This document shows, in pieces, positions 8,639 through 18,795 of a stretch of 54,981 nt of DNA. This DNA is from an uncultured Micrococcales bacterium (lineage in GTDB: Bacteria > Actinomycetota > Actinomycetes > Actinomycetales > Microbacteriaceae): NCBI GenBank assembly GCA_903887175.1, contig CAISOV010000083.1:1-54981 (forward strand), in the 5' to 3' direction. The translations under genes and the position numbers were made by a program. How positions within the stretch are numbered: position 1 is the first letter of the stretch; every line of letters begins with the position of its first letter. A model generated the notes under the pieces. The model saw only the letters and a list, made by a program, of their open reading frames with translations, was not told where the DNA came from and did no database searches.

Positions 8639-9937
8639 ATGAACAAGCGCATTCGCATTGTTGCTGCTGTTTCAGCAGTTGCAGTAGCAGCTCTTGGTTT
8701 CGGCAGCGTAGCCGCTGCTGAAGCATCAACCCCAACCGTAACCATCTTCGGCGCATTCAGTGGCGACCAAGCTCGAGGTTTCCAAGGAGAACTTAACTCT
8801 TGGGGCCTATCAAACGGCGTAAAGGTTACCTACACCGGTTTGGCTAACTTCAACACCGACATCACCGTCAAGGTGAACGGTGGCCAGGCTCCTGACATCG
8901 CACTATGGCCACAGCCAGGTGGCTTGACTGGCATTAGCAGCAAGCTAAAGCCACTTGCAAGCATCCCAGGCTTCAACCTTTCAGCTGTTCAGAAGACCCT
9001 TATTCCGGGCTGGGACAAACTAGCTGTCAAGAACGGCAAGATCTACGGTCTTCCAATTGGCGCAAACGTTAAGTCTCTTGTTTGGTTCAACCCTGCAGCG
9101 TTCCGCAAGAACGGTTACAAGGTTCCTACCACTGACGCACAGCTAACCACTTTGGTAGCAAAGATTAAGCAAGACGGCACCGGTTACCCATACTGTGCAG
9201 GTATCGAATCTGGTGGCGCAACTGGTTGGTATGCAACTGACTGGCTAGAAGAATACGTACTTAAGTACGGTGGCGTAGCTAACTACAACAAGTGGTGGCA
9301 GGGTCAGATTCACTTCAACTCGACTCTAGTTCGCAAGGCAGCTAACAAGGTTGGTTCAGCCCTTCTTACCCCTGGCAACGTTCAGGGTGGCGGCACCGGT
9401 ATCGCTTCACGTAACTTCGGCGAAGCAACCACCTCTGGCCTATTCGTAAGCGGCAAGAACAACGGTCAGTGCTTCATGCTAAAGCAGGGGTCATTCATTA
9501 CTGACTTCTTCCCTTCAGCAATCAAGGCTGAGTACAAGGCTGGCAACTACAGCCACGTAGGCTTCTTTCCAGTGCCTACCCCAGCTGGCGGAGTAAACGG
9601 TGTACTTGGTGGTGGCGACATCGCCGGTGTATTCCACAGCACCCCAGCAGTAGCTAAGGTTCTGAACTTCATCCTTAGCGACAAGCTAGGCCGTGCAGGT
9701 TGGGCTAACAGCGGATTCTTCTTGTCAGCGCACAAGACGTTCCCTAACAGCCTTTACCCAACCAGCATCCAGCGTGCAATCGGTAAGACTCTTGCATCTG
9801 CTTCAGCCTTCGGTTTCGATGGTTCAGACGCAGAGCCTGCAGTTGTAAACTCAACCGAGTGGAACCAACTAACCAGCTGGTTCAACGGTTCAAAGACTCT
9901 AACCCAGGCTTTGACTGCAATCGACGCTGCTTACTAA
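8639..9937 (+). CDS. Carbohydrate ABC transporter substrate-binding protein (AglE/alpha-glucoside-like)
   Basis: PDIALWPQPG, NVKSLVWFNP, CAGIESGGATGWYATDWLE, FDGSD; GAAAGGA RBS; strongly biased codon usage. Confidence 0.88.
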   Translation: MNKRIRIVAAVSAVAVAALGFGSVAAAEASTPTVTIFGAFSGDQARGFQGELNSWGLSNGVKVTYTGLANFNTDITVKVNGGQAPDIALWPQPGGLTGISSKLKPLASIPGFNLSAVQKTLIPGWDKLAVKNGKIYGLPIGANVKSLVWFNPAAFRKNGYKVPTTDAQLTTLVAKIKQDGTGYPYCAGIESGGATGWYATDWLEEYVLKYGGVANYNKWWQGQIHFNSTLVRKAANKVGSALLTPGNVQGGGTGIASRNFGEATTSGLFVSGKNNGQCFMLKQGSFITDFFPSAIKAEYKAGNYSHVGFFPVPTPAGGVNGVLGGGDIAGVFHSTPAVAKVLNFILSDKLGRAGWANSGFFLSAHKTFPNSLYPTSIQRAIGKTLASASAFGFDGSDAEPAVVNSTEWNQLTSWFNGSKTLTQALTAIDAAY

Positions 9938-10009
9938 ATCTCACCTCTGATTTAGTAAAACAAGTTATGCACTGGCAGAAAGGCCTAGCCTTTCTGCCAG
10001 TGCTTCTTG
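9931..10009 (+). terminator. Tandem hairpins between the SBP and permease genes (partial terminator or mRNA stabiliser)
   Basis: TTACTAAATC/GATTTAGTAA (9931-9958) and a perfect 15-bp stem GCACTGGCAGAAAGG/CCTTTCTGCCAGTGC (9969-10003). Confidence 0.75.
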
Positions 10010-10054
10010 CTTAGTTACAAAGAACACCTGCTTTAAAAAAAGAAAGTTGCACAC

Positions 10055-11074
10055 ATGGATCAGCAGCCAGACATTTTCAGCTACTTGCCAGATTTGGTTT
10101 TTGCACTTAGCGCCATCGGCATCGGCGTTTTGGCAAGTATTTTTCTCTACTGGTTGCTGAATTTTCTCGTCAACTTGTTTCCGCGTCGCGTAGCATCAGC
10201 GCTGCAGCCATACGCGTTCATAGCCCCGGTGCTGGCCCTTGTAGGTGGCTTTTTGGTCTGGCCGACCATTCAGACCATTTATCTCAGCTTTACAACCACT
10301 GACCCTGACACGGGCGAACAAAAATTCTCAGGCTTTGATAACTTCAATTCGCTTTTCGGCGACACAGACTTTCTAAGCACACTATTCAATAACTTGCTTT
10401 GGATTCTTGTTGTGCCAGCAGCCAGCGTCGTGCTCGGCCTGCTCATTGCCACGGTTTCAAACAACGTCGGGCCAATTCGCGAAAAAGTCGCGAAATCAAT
10501 CATTTTCTTGCCTATGGCAATCAGCTTTGTGGCTGCTTCAACCATGTGGCGCTTTCTTTACAACTACGACGCCGGTAACGTGCAGGTCGGTTTGCTGAAC
10601 GCAATCGTCACAGGCCTCGGTGGCAACGCAGTGCCGTGGATGCAAATCACAAACTTCAAGTTAAACGACCTACTTCTGATGGTCATCGTCATTTGGCTGA
10701 ACACTGGGTTCTCGATGGTCTTGCTTTCAGCCGCTATCAAAGCTGTTCCCGAAGAAACAGTCGAAGCGGCAGCCATCGACGGTGCAACCGGGCGCCAGAC
10801 TTTCTTCAAGATTGTCTTGCCTCAGATTCGTGCAACAGCTGTTTCAGTCTTCATCACAGTGCTTATCGGTGTTATGAAGATTTTTGACGTGGTTTATGCC
10901 ATGACCGGCGGTAACTTCGACACCAACGTGCTCGGTGTGGCATTCATCAAGAACTACTTCGAGTTTGGTGACACGGGCAAAGCTTCGGCCATTGTGGTCT
11001 TGCTAATGCTGGCCATTATTCCGATCATGATTTACCAGGTATACAGCTACCGCAAGCAGGAGGAACTTCGATGA
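10055..11074 (+). CDS. Carbohydrate ABC transporter permease (AglF/MalF-like)
   Basis: Multiple TM segments; EAA loop EAAAIDGA; KSIIFLPMAIS. Confidence 0.92.
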   Translation: MDQQPDIFSYLPDLVFALSAIGIGVLASIFLYWLLNFLVNLFPRRVASALQPYAFIAPVLALVGGFLVWPTIQTIYLSFTTTDPDTGEQKFSGFDNFNSLFGDTDFLSTLFNNLLWILVVPAASVVLGLLIATVSNNVGPIREKVAKSIIFLPMAISFVAASTMWRFLYNYDAGNVQVGLLNAIVTGLGGNAVPWMQITNFKLNDLLLMVIVIWLNTGFSMVLLSAAIKAVPEETVEAAAIDGATGRQTFFKIVLPQIRATAVSVFITVLIGVMKIFDVVYAMTGGNFDTNVLGVAFIKNYFEFGDTGKASAIVVLLMLAIIPIMIYQVYSYRKQEELR

Positions 11075-12009
11075 GCAGAACTTTGACATTTGCAACTAGG
11101 CTCAAGAAGTTTCGTCTTGGGTCGTCACTAACTCTTCTTGCGCTCGTTATTCTTTGGTTGATTCCAACCGTTGGCTTGTTTGTCACCGCTTTTAGAAATA
11201 AAGACGATGCTTATAGCAGCGGATGGTGGACTGCTATTTTTTCACCGTTAACCCAGCACTGGACCATTGACCCTTTCACCCAGGCTCTGAACGCCAACAA
11301 CCTGGTTTCAAGCTTTATCTCGACTGTCGCAGTTGCAGTGCCGGCAACTATTTTGCCAATCATGTTCGCTGCTTTCGCCGCCTACGGTTTTACATTTCTG
11401 AGCTTCAAGGGCAAAGAGGTTTGGTTCGCAATCATTATCGGCCTGATGGTCGTGCCGATGCAGGCTGCTCTCGTGCCGGTGCTTCAGCTGTTCGTCGGTT
11501 TCGACAGCTGGATCGGCGACTTGCAAATGAACAACCCAGCGCTATTCCAGTGGATTCCGTTCTGGGACCCAAATTATCCGTGGCACATTACCGGTGAATA
11601 CCCAGCCGGATGGATCGTTCACAGCGCATTCGCTATGCCGCTTGCCGTTTACATCTTGCGCAACTACATGATGACCTTGCCGCACGCACTCATCGAGGCA
11701 GCACGCGTTGACGGCGCTTCTTATTACCAAATCTTCTGGAAACTTGTGATTCCGATGTCTGTGCCGGCTCTTGCTTCGTTCGCGATTTTCCAGTTTCTCT
11801 GGGTTTGGAACGACTACCTTGTCGCGTTCGTGTTTGTGGGTAACCACCCAGTTCTCACGTACACACTGCTCAGCATGCTCGGGCAATACAACCAAGGGTG
11901 GCAGATCGTTGCAGCTGGCTCGTTCTTCACCTTGATTGTTCCGGTCGTTGTTTTCTTCGGCCTGCAGCGTTACTTTGTTCGTGGTTTGACCGCGGGTTCG
12001 GTCAAATAA
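11071..12009 (+). CDS. Carbohydrate ABC transporter permease (AglG/MalG-like)
   Basis: EAARVDGAS, FQFLWVWNDYL, QRYFVRGLTAGSVK; ATGA overlap with the upstream gene. Confidence 0.92.
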   Translation: MSRTLTFATRLKKFRLGSSLTLLALVILWLIPTVGLFVTAFRNKDDAYSSGWWTAIFSPLTQHWTIDPFTQALNANNLVSSFISTVAVAVPATILPIMFAAFAAYGFTFLSFKGKEVWFAIIIGLMVVPMQAALVPVLQLFVGFDSWIGDLQMNNPALFQWIPFWDPNYPWHITGEYPAGWIVHSAFAMPLAVYILRNYMMTLPHALIEAARVDGASYYQIFWKLVIPMSVPALASFAIFQFLWVWNDYLVAFVFVGNHPVLTYTLLSMLGQYNQGWQIVAAGSFFTLIVPVVVFFGLQRYFVRGLTAGSVK

Positions 12010-12042
12010 CAGGTACTTAGGCAAAACCTTTCCTAAGACGTC

Positions 12043-12070
12043 GATGGTGGTCGCTTTTGCGGCCACCATC
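12043..12070. terminator. GC-rich hairpin after the ABC operon (probable terminator without a long U tract)
   Basis: GATGGTGGTCGC-TTTT-GCGGCCACCATC, 12-bp stem with one G:U pair. Confidence 0.55.
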
Positions 12071-12190
12071 TTCGGCAATATGCGGGCTTTCGGTATGATT
12101 TATAAAGAACCTTCAGGCTGTTTTGAGTCTTCGGTTCGACAACTTTAGAGATCGCGGGCTTGCGGTCTTTTAAATCAGACAGGCAAGACT

Positions 12191-13849
12191 TTGACCCCAG
12201 CAGACCTTTCGGCCGCGCTACTAGGCATCCTCGCAAATTTGCAGGCTAGTGCAGCACTTGGCGACGGTATTTTGCCAACTGAAATAGCAATTGAAAGACC
12301 CAAGAACCGAGACCACGGCGACTGGGCCACCAACGTTGCGATGCAACTCGCAGGCAAGTTCGGCATGAACCCGCGTGCATTTGCTGAGGTTCTAGCGCCA
12401 GAAATCAGTGCGCTTGAAGGCGTTGAAAAAGTAGATATCGCGGGCCCGGGCTTTATCAACATCACACTGAGCGCTGGCCAGGCCGGTGTGCTCGCAAAAA
12501 CTATTTTGGCTGCCGGTGCTGCTTATGGCCGCGGCACCAATCTTGCTGGTCTCAAGATGAACCTAGAGTTCGTTTCGGCCAACCCTACTGGCCCAATTCA
12601 CATTGGTGGCGCTAGGTGGGCAGCAGTTGGCGACTCGCTGGCCCGCATTTTTGAAGCGCAGGGTGCTACCGTCACCCGCGAATACTATTTCAACGACCAC
12701 GGCGCTCAGATTGACCGTTTCGCAAACTCACTTTTGGCTAGCGCCCTTGGTGAGCCAGCGCCAGAAGACGGCTATGGCGGTGCTTATATTCACGAAATCG
12801 CTGCGCGGGTTTTGGCTGAGACCGCAATTGACGTCGTGAAGCTGCCTCGTGACGAAGCGCAAGAGTTTTTCAGAGCTAATGGCGTCGAGCTGATGTTCCA
12901 AGAGATTCGCCAAGAGCTGCACGATTTTGGTGTTGACTTCGACGTATATTTTCACGAGAACTCGCTCTATGAGAGCAAGGCAGTTGAGCGAGCAATCGCA
13001 CGCCTGCGCGAACTCGGCCACATTTTCGAAGAAGATGGCGCCACCTGGTTGCGCTCAAGCACTTTTGGCGACGACCGCGATCGTGTGGTCATTAAGAGTG
13101 ATGGCGAAGCTGCCTATATCGCGGGCGACTTGGCTTATTACCTAGACAAGCGCGAACGTGGCTTTGATCGCTGCATCTATATGCTGGGTGCTGACCACCA
13201 CGGTTATGTTCCGCGCATGATGGCGCTTTGCGCTGCCTATGGTGATGAGCCTGGCGTAAACCTTGAGATCTTGATTGGCCAAATGGTCAACCTGATGCGC
13301 GATGGCGAGCCAATGCGCATGTCGAAGCGAGCAGGCACCGTTGTGACAATGCAAGACCTCGTTGAGGCTGTTGGCAAAGACGCTGCACGCTATGCGCTTA
13401 CCCGCTCATCAATCAACTCAAACATTGACATCGACCTCGAACAGCTTTCAAAGAAGAGCAACGACAACCCGGTTTTCTATGTTCAATATGCTCACGCTCG
13501 CACCGCTCAGGTGGCTAAGAATGCTGCCAGCCTCGGCGTTGACTTGAGTGAGTTTGAACCCTCGCTTCTTGAACACCTAAGTGAGGGTGAGTTGCTCGCC
13601 AAACTAAATGACCTGCCTCGCGTTCTTGCCCAGGCGGCTGAGTTTCGCGAACCCCACCGGGTTGCTCGTTACCTCGAAGAGGTTGCTGGCGCATATCACC
13701 GTTGGTATGACAACTGCCGTGTCACCCCGCTTTCTGGCGCTGCACCTGAAACTGTGCACCGCACCCGTTTGTGGTTGAACAACGCTGCTGGTCAAGTTTT
13801 GAAAAACGGCCTTGACTTGCTTGGCGTTGACGCACCGGAGCGCATGTGA
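12191..13849 (+). CDS. argS: Arginine--tRNA ligase
   Basis: [23 protein letters not shown] (HIGH), [22 protein letters not shown]-terminal APERM. Confidence 0.97.
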   Translation: MTPADLSAALLGILANLQASAALGDGILPTEIAIERPKNRDHGDWATNVAMQLAGKFGMNPRAFAEVLAPEISALEGVEKVDIAGPGFINITLSAGQAGVLAKTILAAGAAYGRGTNLAGLKMNLEFVSANPTGPIHIGGARWAAVGDSLARIFEAQGATVTREYYFNDHGAQIDRFANSLLASALGEPAPEDGYGGAYIHEIAARVLAETAIDVVKLPRDEAQEFFRANGVELMFQEIRQELHDFGVDFDVYFHENSLYESKAVERAIARLRELGHIFEEDGATWLRSSTFGDDRDRVVIKSDGEAAYIAGDLAYYLDKRERGFDRCIYMLGADHHGYVPRMMALCAAYGDEPGVNLEILIGQMVNLMRDGEPMRMSKRAGTVVTMQDLVEAVGKDAARYALTRSSINSNIDIDLEQLSKKSNDNPVFYVQYAHARTAQVAKNAASLGVDLSEFEPSLLEHLSEGELLAKLNDLPRVLAQAAEFREPHRVARYLEEVAGAYHRWYDNCRVTPLSGAAPETVHRTRLWLNNAAGQVLKNGLDLLGVDAPERM

Positions 13850-15276
13850 TGACTAAAGCAAAAGCAAACCCGCTTGCGCCCGAATGGCTCGAGGTGCCAG
13901 CTGACTTGAATGCGCTCAGCGCAAAGATTTGGCCAAGCAATGTCTCGCGCACCGCACATGGCGAACTTTCAGTTGCCGGTGTGAACGTTGGTGACTTGGC
14001 TGCTCAGTTTGGCACTCCGCTTTATGTTCTCGACGAAGATGACTTTCGCGCTCGAGCCCTAGGTGTGCGAAATGCCCTTGAAGCGGCTGCTAAGTCGATT
14101 GGCACAGAAGCCAAGGTTTATTACGCAGGCAAAGCTTTTCTAACGACTGAAATCGCGCAGTGGATCAATGAGCTGGGTTTGAACCTAGATGTTGCCAGCG
14201 GGGGAGAGCTGGCGGTTGCGTTAGCTGCTGGGCTTGATGGTGGCCGAATTGGCTTGCACGGCAACAACAAGAGTCTTTTTGAAATTGGTCGAGCGGTTTC
14301 GGCCAATGTTGGCGCAATCGTGATTGATAGTGAAATTGAGATTGAACGCATTGCTTCGGCTGCCGGTGCTCAAGACAAGGTTCAGGGTGTTCGCCTTCGC
14401 GTCAACAGTGGCGTTCACGCATACACCCACGAGTTTTTAGCCACAGCCCGCGAAGACCAAAAATTTGGCGTTGCTTTGGCTGACGTGCCGGCCCTAGTAG
14501 CCAAAATTCGTTCACACCGCCACCTAAAGTTTTTGGGCATCCACAGCCACATAGGGTCACAGATTTTTGCTTTGGATGGTTTTGTCGAAGCGGCAAAACG
14601 CCTAATTGAACTGCATGCCGAGCTGCTGGCCGGCGGCGATGTGCCCGAGCTTAATCTGGGTGGTGGTTTCGGCATTAACTACACAAGCGCCGATGACGCA
14701 CCAAGTTTGACGACTTTTGCCGCCCACATTGCGGTGGCGGTCAAGCGCGAATGCGAGGCCAGGGGTGTGCCGGTGCCTAAGTTAGCGTTTGAGCCGGGTC
14801 GCGTAATTGCCGGCCCAAGTAGCTTCACTCTTTATAACGTGGGAACCATCAAAGAGGTCTTGGTCTCTGATGGCGCAGCGCCCGCCGTGCGCAAGTACGT
14901 TTCAGTCGACGGAGGCATGAGCGATAACGCGCGCCCGGCTCTTTATGAAGCCGAGTACTCAGCCACGTTGGCCTCACGTAACAGCCTTGCCGAGCCAGCG
15001 CTGGCGCGAGTGGTGGGCAAGCACTGCGAAAGTGGCGACATTGTGGTTCGTGCCGAGTATCTGCCTGCTGACATTGCCAGCGGTGACCTATTGGCGGTGC
15101 CTGCAACGGGTGCGTATTGTTATTCATTGTCGAGCAACTACAACATGTTGACCCGCCCGCCAGTGGTAGCTGTGCGTGCCGGGGTAGCAAGACTAGTGGT
15201 GCGTGGCGAAACCGAAGCCGATCTTTTTGCACGTGATGTGCGTTACCAAGAACTGCAACACAAGAACAGAATGTGA
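13849..15276 (+). CDS. lysA: Diaminopimelate decarboxylase
   Basis: FGTPLYV, YYAGKAF (PLP Lys), DVASGGEL, HSHIGSQ, LGGGFG, GKHCESGD, GAYCYSLSSNYN. Confidence 0.96.
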   Translation: MTKAKANPLAPEWLEVPADLNALSAKIWPSNVSRTAHGELSVAGVNVGDLAAQFGTPLYVLDEDDFRARALGVRNALEAAAKSIGTEAKVYYAGKAFLTTEIAQWINELGLNLDVASGGELAVALAAGLDGGRIGLHGNNKSLFEIGRAVSANVGAIVIDSEIEIERIASAAGAQDKVQGVRLRVNSGVHAYTHEFLATAREDQKFGVALADVPALVAKIRSHRHLKFLGIHSHIGSQIFALDGFVEAAKRLIELHAELLAGGDVPELNLGGGFGINYTSADDAPSLTTFAAHIAVAVKRECEARGVPVPKLAFEPGRVIAGPSSFTLYNVGTIKEVLVSDGAAPAVRKYVSVDGGMSDNARPALYEAEYSATLASRNSLAEPALARVVGKHCESGDIVVRAEYLPADIASGDLLAVPATGAYCYSLSSNYNMLTRPPVVAVRAGVARLVVRGETEADLFARDVRYQELQHKNRM

Positions 15277-16607
15277 TTAGTGAAATCGTGAACGAATATC
15301 GTCCGTTGCGAATAGCCCTGCTTGGTGCAGGTTCGGTGGGCTCGCAGGTTGCGCGACTGCTGCTAGAAAACAGCGCTGAACTTAGCGCGCGCGTTGGCGC
15401 AAACCTTGAATTGGTGGGCATTGCGGTTCGCAACCTAGACTCGCCGCGCGAACCTGGGGTTCCTGCCGAGTTGCTCACCACCGATGCCGAGTCACTTATT
15501 TTGAGTGCCGATATAGTCGTCGAAGTTATGGGTGGCATCGAGCCAGCTCGCAGCTACATTCTGCAAGCACTCAACTCGGGTTCTGATGTTGTCACCGCCA
15601 ACAAGGCGCTGCTTGCAACCCATGGCACTGAGCTTTTTGACACAGCCGAACAAGTTGGTGCGCAACTTTATTTTGAAGCCGCTGTTGCCGGCGCGATTCC
15701 TATCATTCGCCCGCTTCGCGAGTCACTCGCCGGCGACCGCATCAAACGCATCATGGGCATTGTGAACGGCACCACTAACTATATTCTCGACCGCATGTAC
15801 ACTACCGGTGCTGAGTTTGAAGATGCGCTCGCCGAAGCGCAACAGCTCGGTTATGCCGAAGCTGACCCAACCGCCGACATCGAGGCTTACGATGCCGCTC
15901 AAAAAGCTGCGATCTTGGCTTCGCTGGCTTTTCACACTGAGGTTCCGCTTTCGCAGGTCTATCGCGAGGGAATCACCAAGGTTACAAAAGCTCAAATCAA
16001 TGCCGCCAAGCGAGACGGCTATGTAATCAAACTGCTCGCAATCTGTGAAAGCATCGACGCTGACGACGCTGGGCACAAGGGCATATCGGTGCGCGTTTAC
16101 CCTGCCATGATTCCAAACGAGCACCCTTTGGCTTCTGTGCGCGGCGCCTATAACGCAGTGTTCGTCGAGGCTGAAGCTGCCGGTCAGCTGATGTTCTATG
16201 GCGCTGGCGCCGGTGGCGTGCAGACCGCGTCTGCCGTTCTTGGCGACTTGGTTTCAGCTGCCAAACGCCATGTCGCTGGTGGCCCAGGTTTGGCCGATTC
16301 AGTTCACGCCAACCTTGAAACCCTGCCAATTGAACGTGTCTATATGAGCTATCAGATCACTCTCGAGGTCACTGACAAGCCTGGCGTTTTGGCGCAAATC
16401 GCAAGTATTTTTGCTGAACACGGCGTTTCTATTGAAACTGTCGAACAATCTGTCGCTGTTAGCGGCGGTCAGCTCAGCAAAACCGCTACCCTCGAGGTAG
16501 GAACTCACGAAGCTTTAGGCGCATCGCTTTCGGCCGTGGTTGAAGCTCTTGCTGCGAGTGACGCAGTCGAAGCTATTTCTTCAGTAATCAGAGTAGAAGG
16601 AGTCTAA
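15273..16607 (+). CDS. hom: Homoserine dehydrogenase with C-terminal ACT domain
   Basis: GAGSVG, VVTANKALLA, FEAAVAGAIP, GIVNGTTNYIL, GYAEADP, DKPGVLA; alternative start GTG 15288. Confidence 0.96.
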   Translation: MISEIVNEYRPLRIALLGAGSVGSQVARLLLENSAELSARVGANLELVGIAVRNLDSPREPGVPAELLTTDAESLILSADIVVEVMGGIEPARSYILQALNSGSDVVTANKALLATHGTELFDTAEQVGAQLYFEAAVAGAIPIIRPLRESLAGDRIKRIMGIVNGTTNYILDRMYTTGAEFEDALAEAQQLGYAEADPTADIEAYDAAQKAAILASLAFHTEVPLSQVYREGITKVTKAQINAAKRDGYVIKLLAICESIDADDAGHKGISVRVYPAMIPNEHPLASVRGAYNAVFVEAEAAGQLMFYGAGAGGVQTASAVLGDLVSAAKRHVAGGPGLADSVHANLETLPIERVYMSYQITLEVTDKPGVLAQIASIFAEHGVSIETVEQSVAVSGGQLSKTATLEVGTHEALGASLSAVVEALAASDAVEAISSVIRVEGV

Positions 16608-17680
16608 TGGCTCACCAATGGCGCGGTGTGATCCGCGAATATTTCGACCGCCTAGATGTCACTAAAGACACCCCGATTATCACTTTGGGCGAGGGTGGCA
16701 CCCCGTTGGTTGAAGCTCCGGCTTTGGCTAAGTTGGTTGGTGCTGACCGAGTATTGCTCAAGGTTGAAGGAATGAATCCGACTGGTTCGTTTAAAGACCG
16801 AGGCATGACGATGGCAGTTTCTAAAGCCGTCGGTCACGGCGCCAAGGCGGTTATTTGCGCTTCAACCGGTAACACTTCGGCTTCGGCTGCTGCCTATGCT
16901 GCGGCTGCTGGCATCAAGTCGGTTGTTTTGATTCCTGAGGGCAAGATTGCACTGGGCAAGTTGAGCCAGGCTGTTGCTCACAAGGCGCAGATTTTGCAGG
17001 TTCAGGGCAACTTTGATGACTGCCTGATTTTGGCTCGCGATCTTGCCGAAAACTATGCCGTTCACCTGGTGAACTCAGTTAACCCTGACCGCATCGAGGG
17101 TCAAAAGACCGGTGCGTTCGAAGTTGTCGAGGCGCTTGGTTTTGCTCCTGACCTGCACGTTTTGCCGGTTGGCAATGCGGGCAACTATTCGGCCTATTTC
17201 AAGGGCTACCTTGAAGACTTCAATGCGGGCACTATCAAGCAGGTGCCTAAGATGTGGGGATACCAGGCTGAGGGCTCAGCCCCATTCACTGTTGGTCACC
17301 CTGTTGCAAACCCTGAGACCATCGCAACTGCGATTCGCATCGGCAACCCTGCTTCGTGGGATCTCGCTCAGAGTGCTCGCGAATGCTCAGATGGCCGATT
17401 CGGCGCTGTAACTGATGCTGAAATTCTTTGGATGCACCGTTTCTTGTCGCAAGAGGTTGGCGTTTTTGTTGAACCTTCTTCGGCCACCGGTGCTGCTGGG
17501 CTTTTCAAAGCTTCTAAGGCCGGCGAAGTGCCTGCAGGGTCAACCATTGTGGTAACTGTTACCGGTCACGGTCTTAAAGATGCAGCGTGGGCTTTGAAAG
17601 ACGAAGCTGGCAACCAGATTGAACCTCAAAGCGTTTCAAAGAATGCTGCCGAAGTGGCTGAACGTTTGGGATTGGCCTAA
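16607..17680 (+). CDS. thrC: Threonine synthase
   Basis: LGEGGTPL, NPTGSFKDRG, CASTGNTSAS, PVGNAGN, TGHGLKD. Confidence 0.96.
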   Translation: MAHQWRGVIREYFDRLDVTKDTPIITLGEGGTPLVEAPALAKLVGADRVLLKVEGMNPTGSFKDRGMTMAVSKAVGHGAKAVICASTGNTSASAAAYAAAAGIKSVVLIPEGKIALGKLSQAVAHKAQILQVQGNFDDCLILARDLAENYAVHLVNSVNPDRIEGQKTGAFEVVEALGFAPDLHVLPVGNAGNYSAYFKGYLEDFNAGTIKQVPKMWGYQAEGSAPFTVGHPVANPETIATAIRIGNPASWDLAQSARECSDGRFGAVTDAEILWMHRFLSQEVGVFVEPSSATGAAGLFKASKAGEVPAGSTIVVTVTGHGLKDAAWALKDEAGNQIEPQSVSKNAAEVAERLGLA

Positions 17681-17686
17681 ATCTAA

Positions 17687-18670
17687 ATGGCTTCTGAACA
17701 CTCAACTTCTGCCGACGGCTTCTCAGGCAAACACACCTCGATCGTGGGTCGAAAAGTTACCGTCAAGGTGCCTGCAACATCGGCTAACCTTGGCCCGGGC
17801 TTTGACACCCTCGGAATGGCGCTGTCGTATTACGACGAGCTCGAAGTTGTTGCGCTTGAGGGTTCTGGGGTTTTTGTTGAGGTGAATGGTGAAGGCGCTG
17901 GCGAGGTTGCCACCGATGAAGAAAACCTGGTTGCTAAATCGCTCGCGTTCACTTTTGCCAAGTTTGGCCAACCGTTGCCAAGACTTCACCTAAAAGCTAA
18001 AAATACGATTCCGCACGGTCGCGGAATGGGTTCTTCGGGTGCCGCTGTGGTTTCGGGCATTGTCGCGGCTAAGGGCCTGCTTCAAGGCATCGTCGACATC
18101 TCTGACGTTGATCTGCTTGATATTGCGACCGAAATCGAAGGCCACCCCGACAACGTTGCGCCGGCCCTTTTCGGTGGCCTAACCATTGCTTGGCATGACC
18201 AGAGCGGCCCGCGTCACAAAAAACTTTTTGTTCACCGTGGCGTCGCGCCTTTGGTTTTGGTGCCGAGTTTCAAAATGTCAACTGCTTTGGCTCGTTCGCT
18301 ACAACCAGAATCTGTGCCTCACGACGATGCGGTTTTTAACGTTTCGCGTTCGGCGCTTTTGATTGCTGCTTTGACTCAAAGCCCAGAGCTTTTGATTGAT
18401 GCAACTGAAGATCGTTTGCACCAGAGCTATCGAGCTTCGGCCATGCCAGAAACCGATGCATTGATTCAGTTGCTTCGTCAAAACGGTCTTGCGGCTGTGG
18501 TTTCAGGTGCGGGGCCGTCGGTTTTGGTGTTAGCTAACGGGCCTGCGGAACGAGCCGATGCGGTCAAACTTGTTGGTGAACACTATGCAAACTGGATGCC
18601 CCTGCAGTTGGCAGTCGACTTCAAAGGTGCTACTGTTGTATTGCACCAAGGTTCCGACGCCACTATTTAG
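17687..18670 (+). CDS. thrB: Homoserine kinase
   Basis: VPATSANLGPGFD, IPHGRGMGSS, EGHPDNVAPA, SGAGPS. Confidence 0.96.
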   Translation: MASEHSTSADGFSGKHTSIVGRKVTVKVPATSANLGPGFDTLGMALSYYDELEVVALEGSGVFVEVNGEGAGEVATDEENLVAKSLAFTFAKFGQPLPRLHLKAKNTIPHGRGMGSSGAAVVSGIVAAKGLLQGIVDISDVDLLDIATEIEGHPDNVAPALFGGLTIAWHDQSGPRHKKLFVHRGVAPLVLVPSFKMSTALARSLQPESVPHDDAVFNVSRSALLIAALTQSPELLIDATEDRLHQSYRASAMPETDALIQLLRQNGLAAVVSGAGPSVLVLANGPAERADAVKLVGEHYANWMPLQLAVDFKGATVVLHQGSDATI

Positions 18671-18795
18671 CGTCGAGGTATTCAATTCGGTGTAATTCCC
18701 TGCGACACAGTGCCGCCAATAAAAGCACAGTTTTCGCACATACCGGCAAACATTCAAAACAAATTTGCCGATAGCTAAGAAAGAGCAAACCCATA

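Noticed and set aside
12010-12190. T-box or lysine riboswitch upstream of argS-lysA
   Set aside because: No T-box sequence (UGGNACC) or lysine-riboswitch core found; only terminator-like hairpins.
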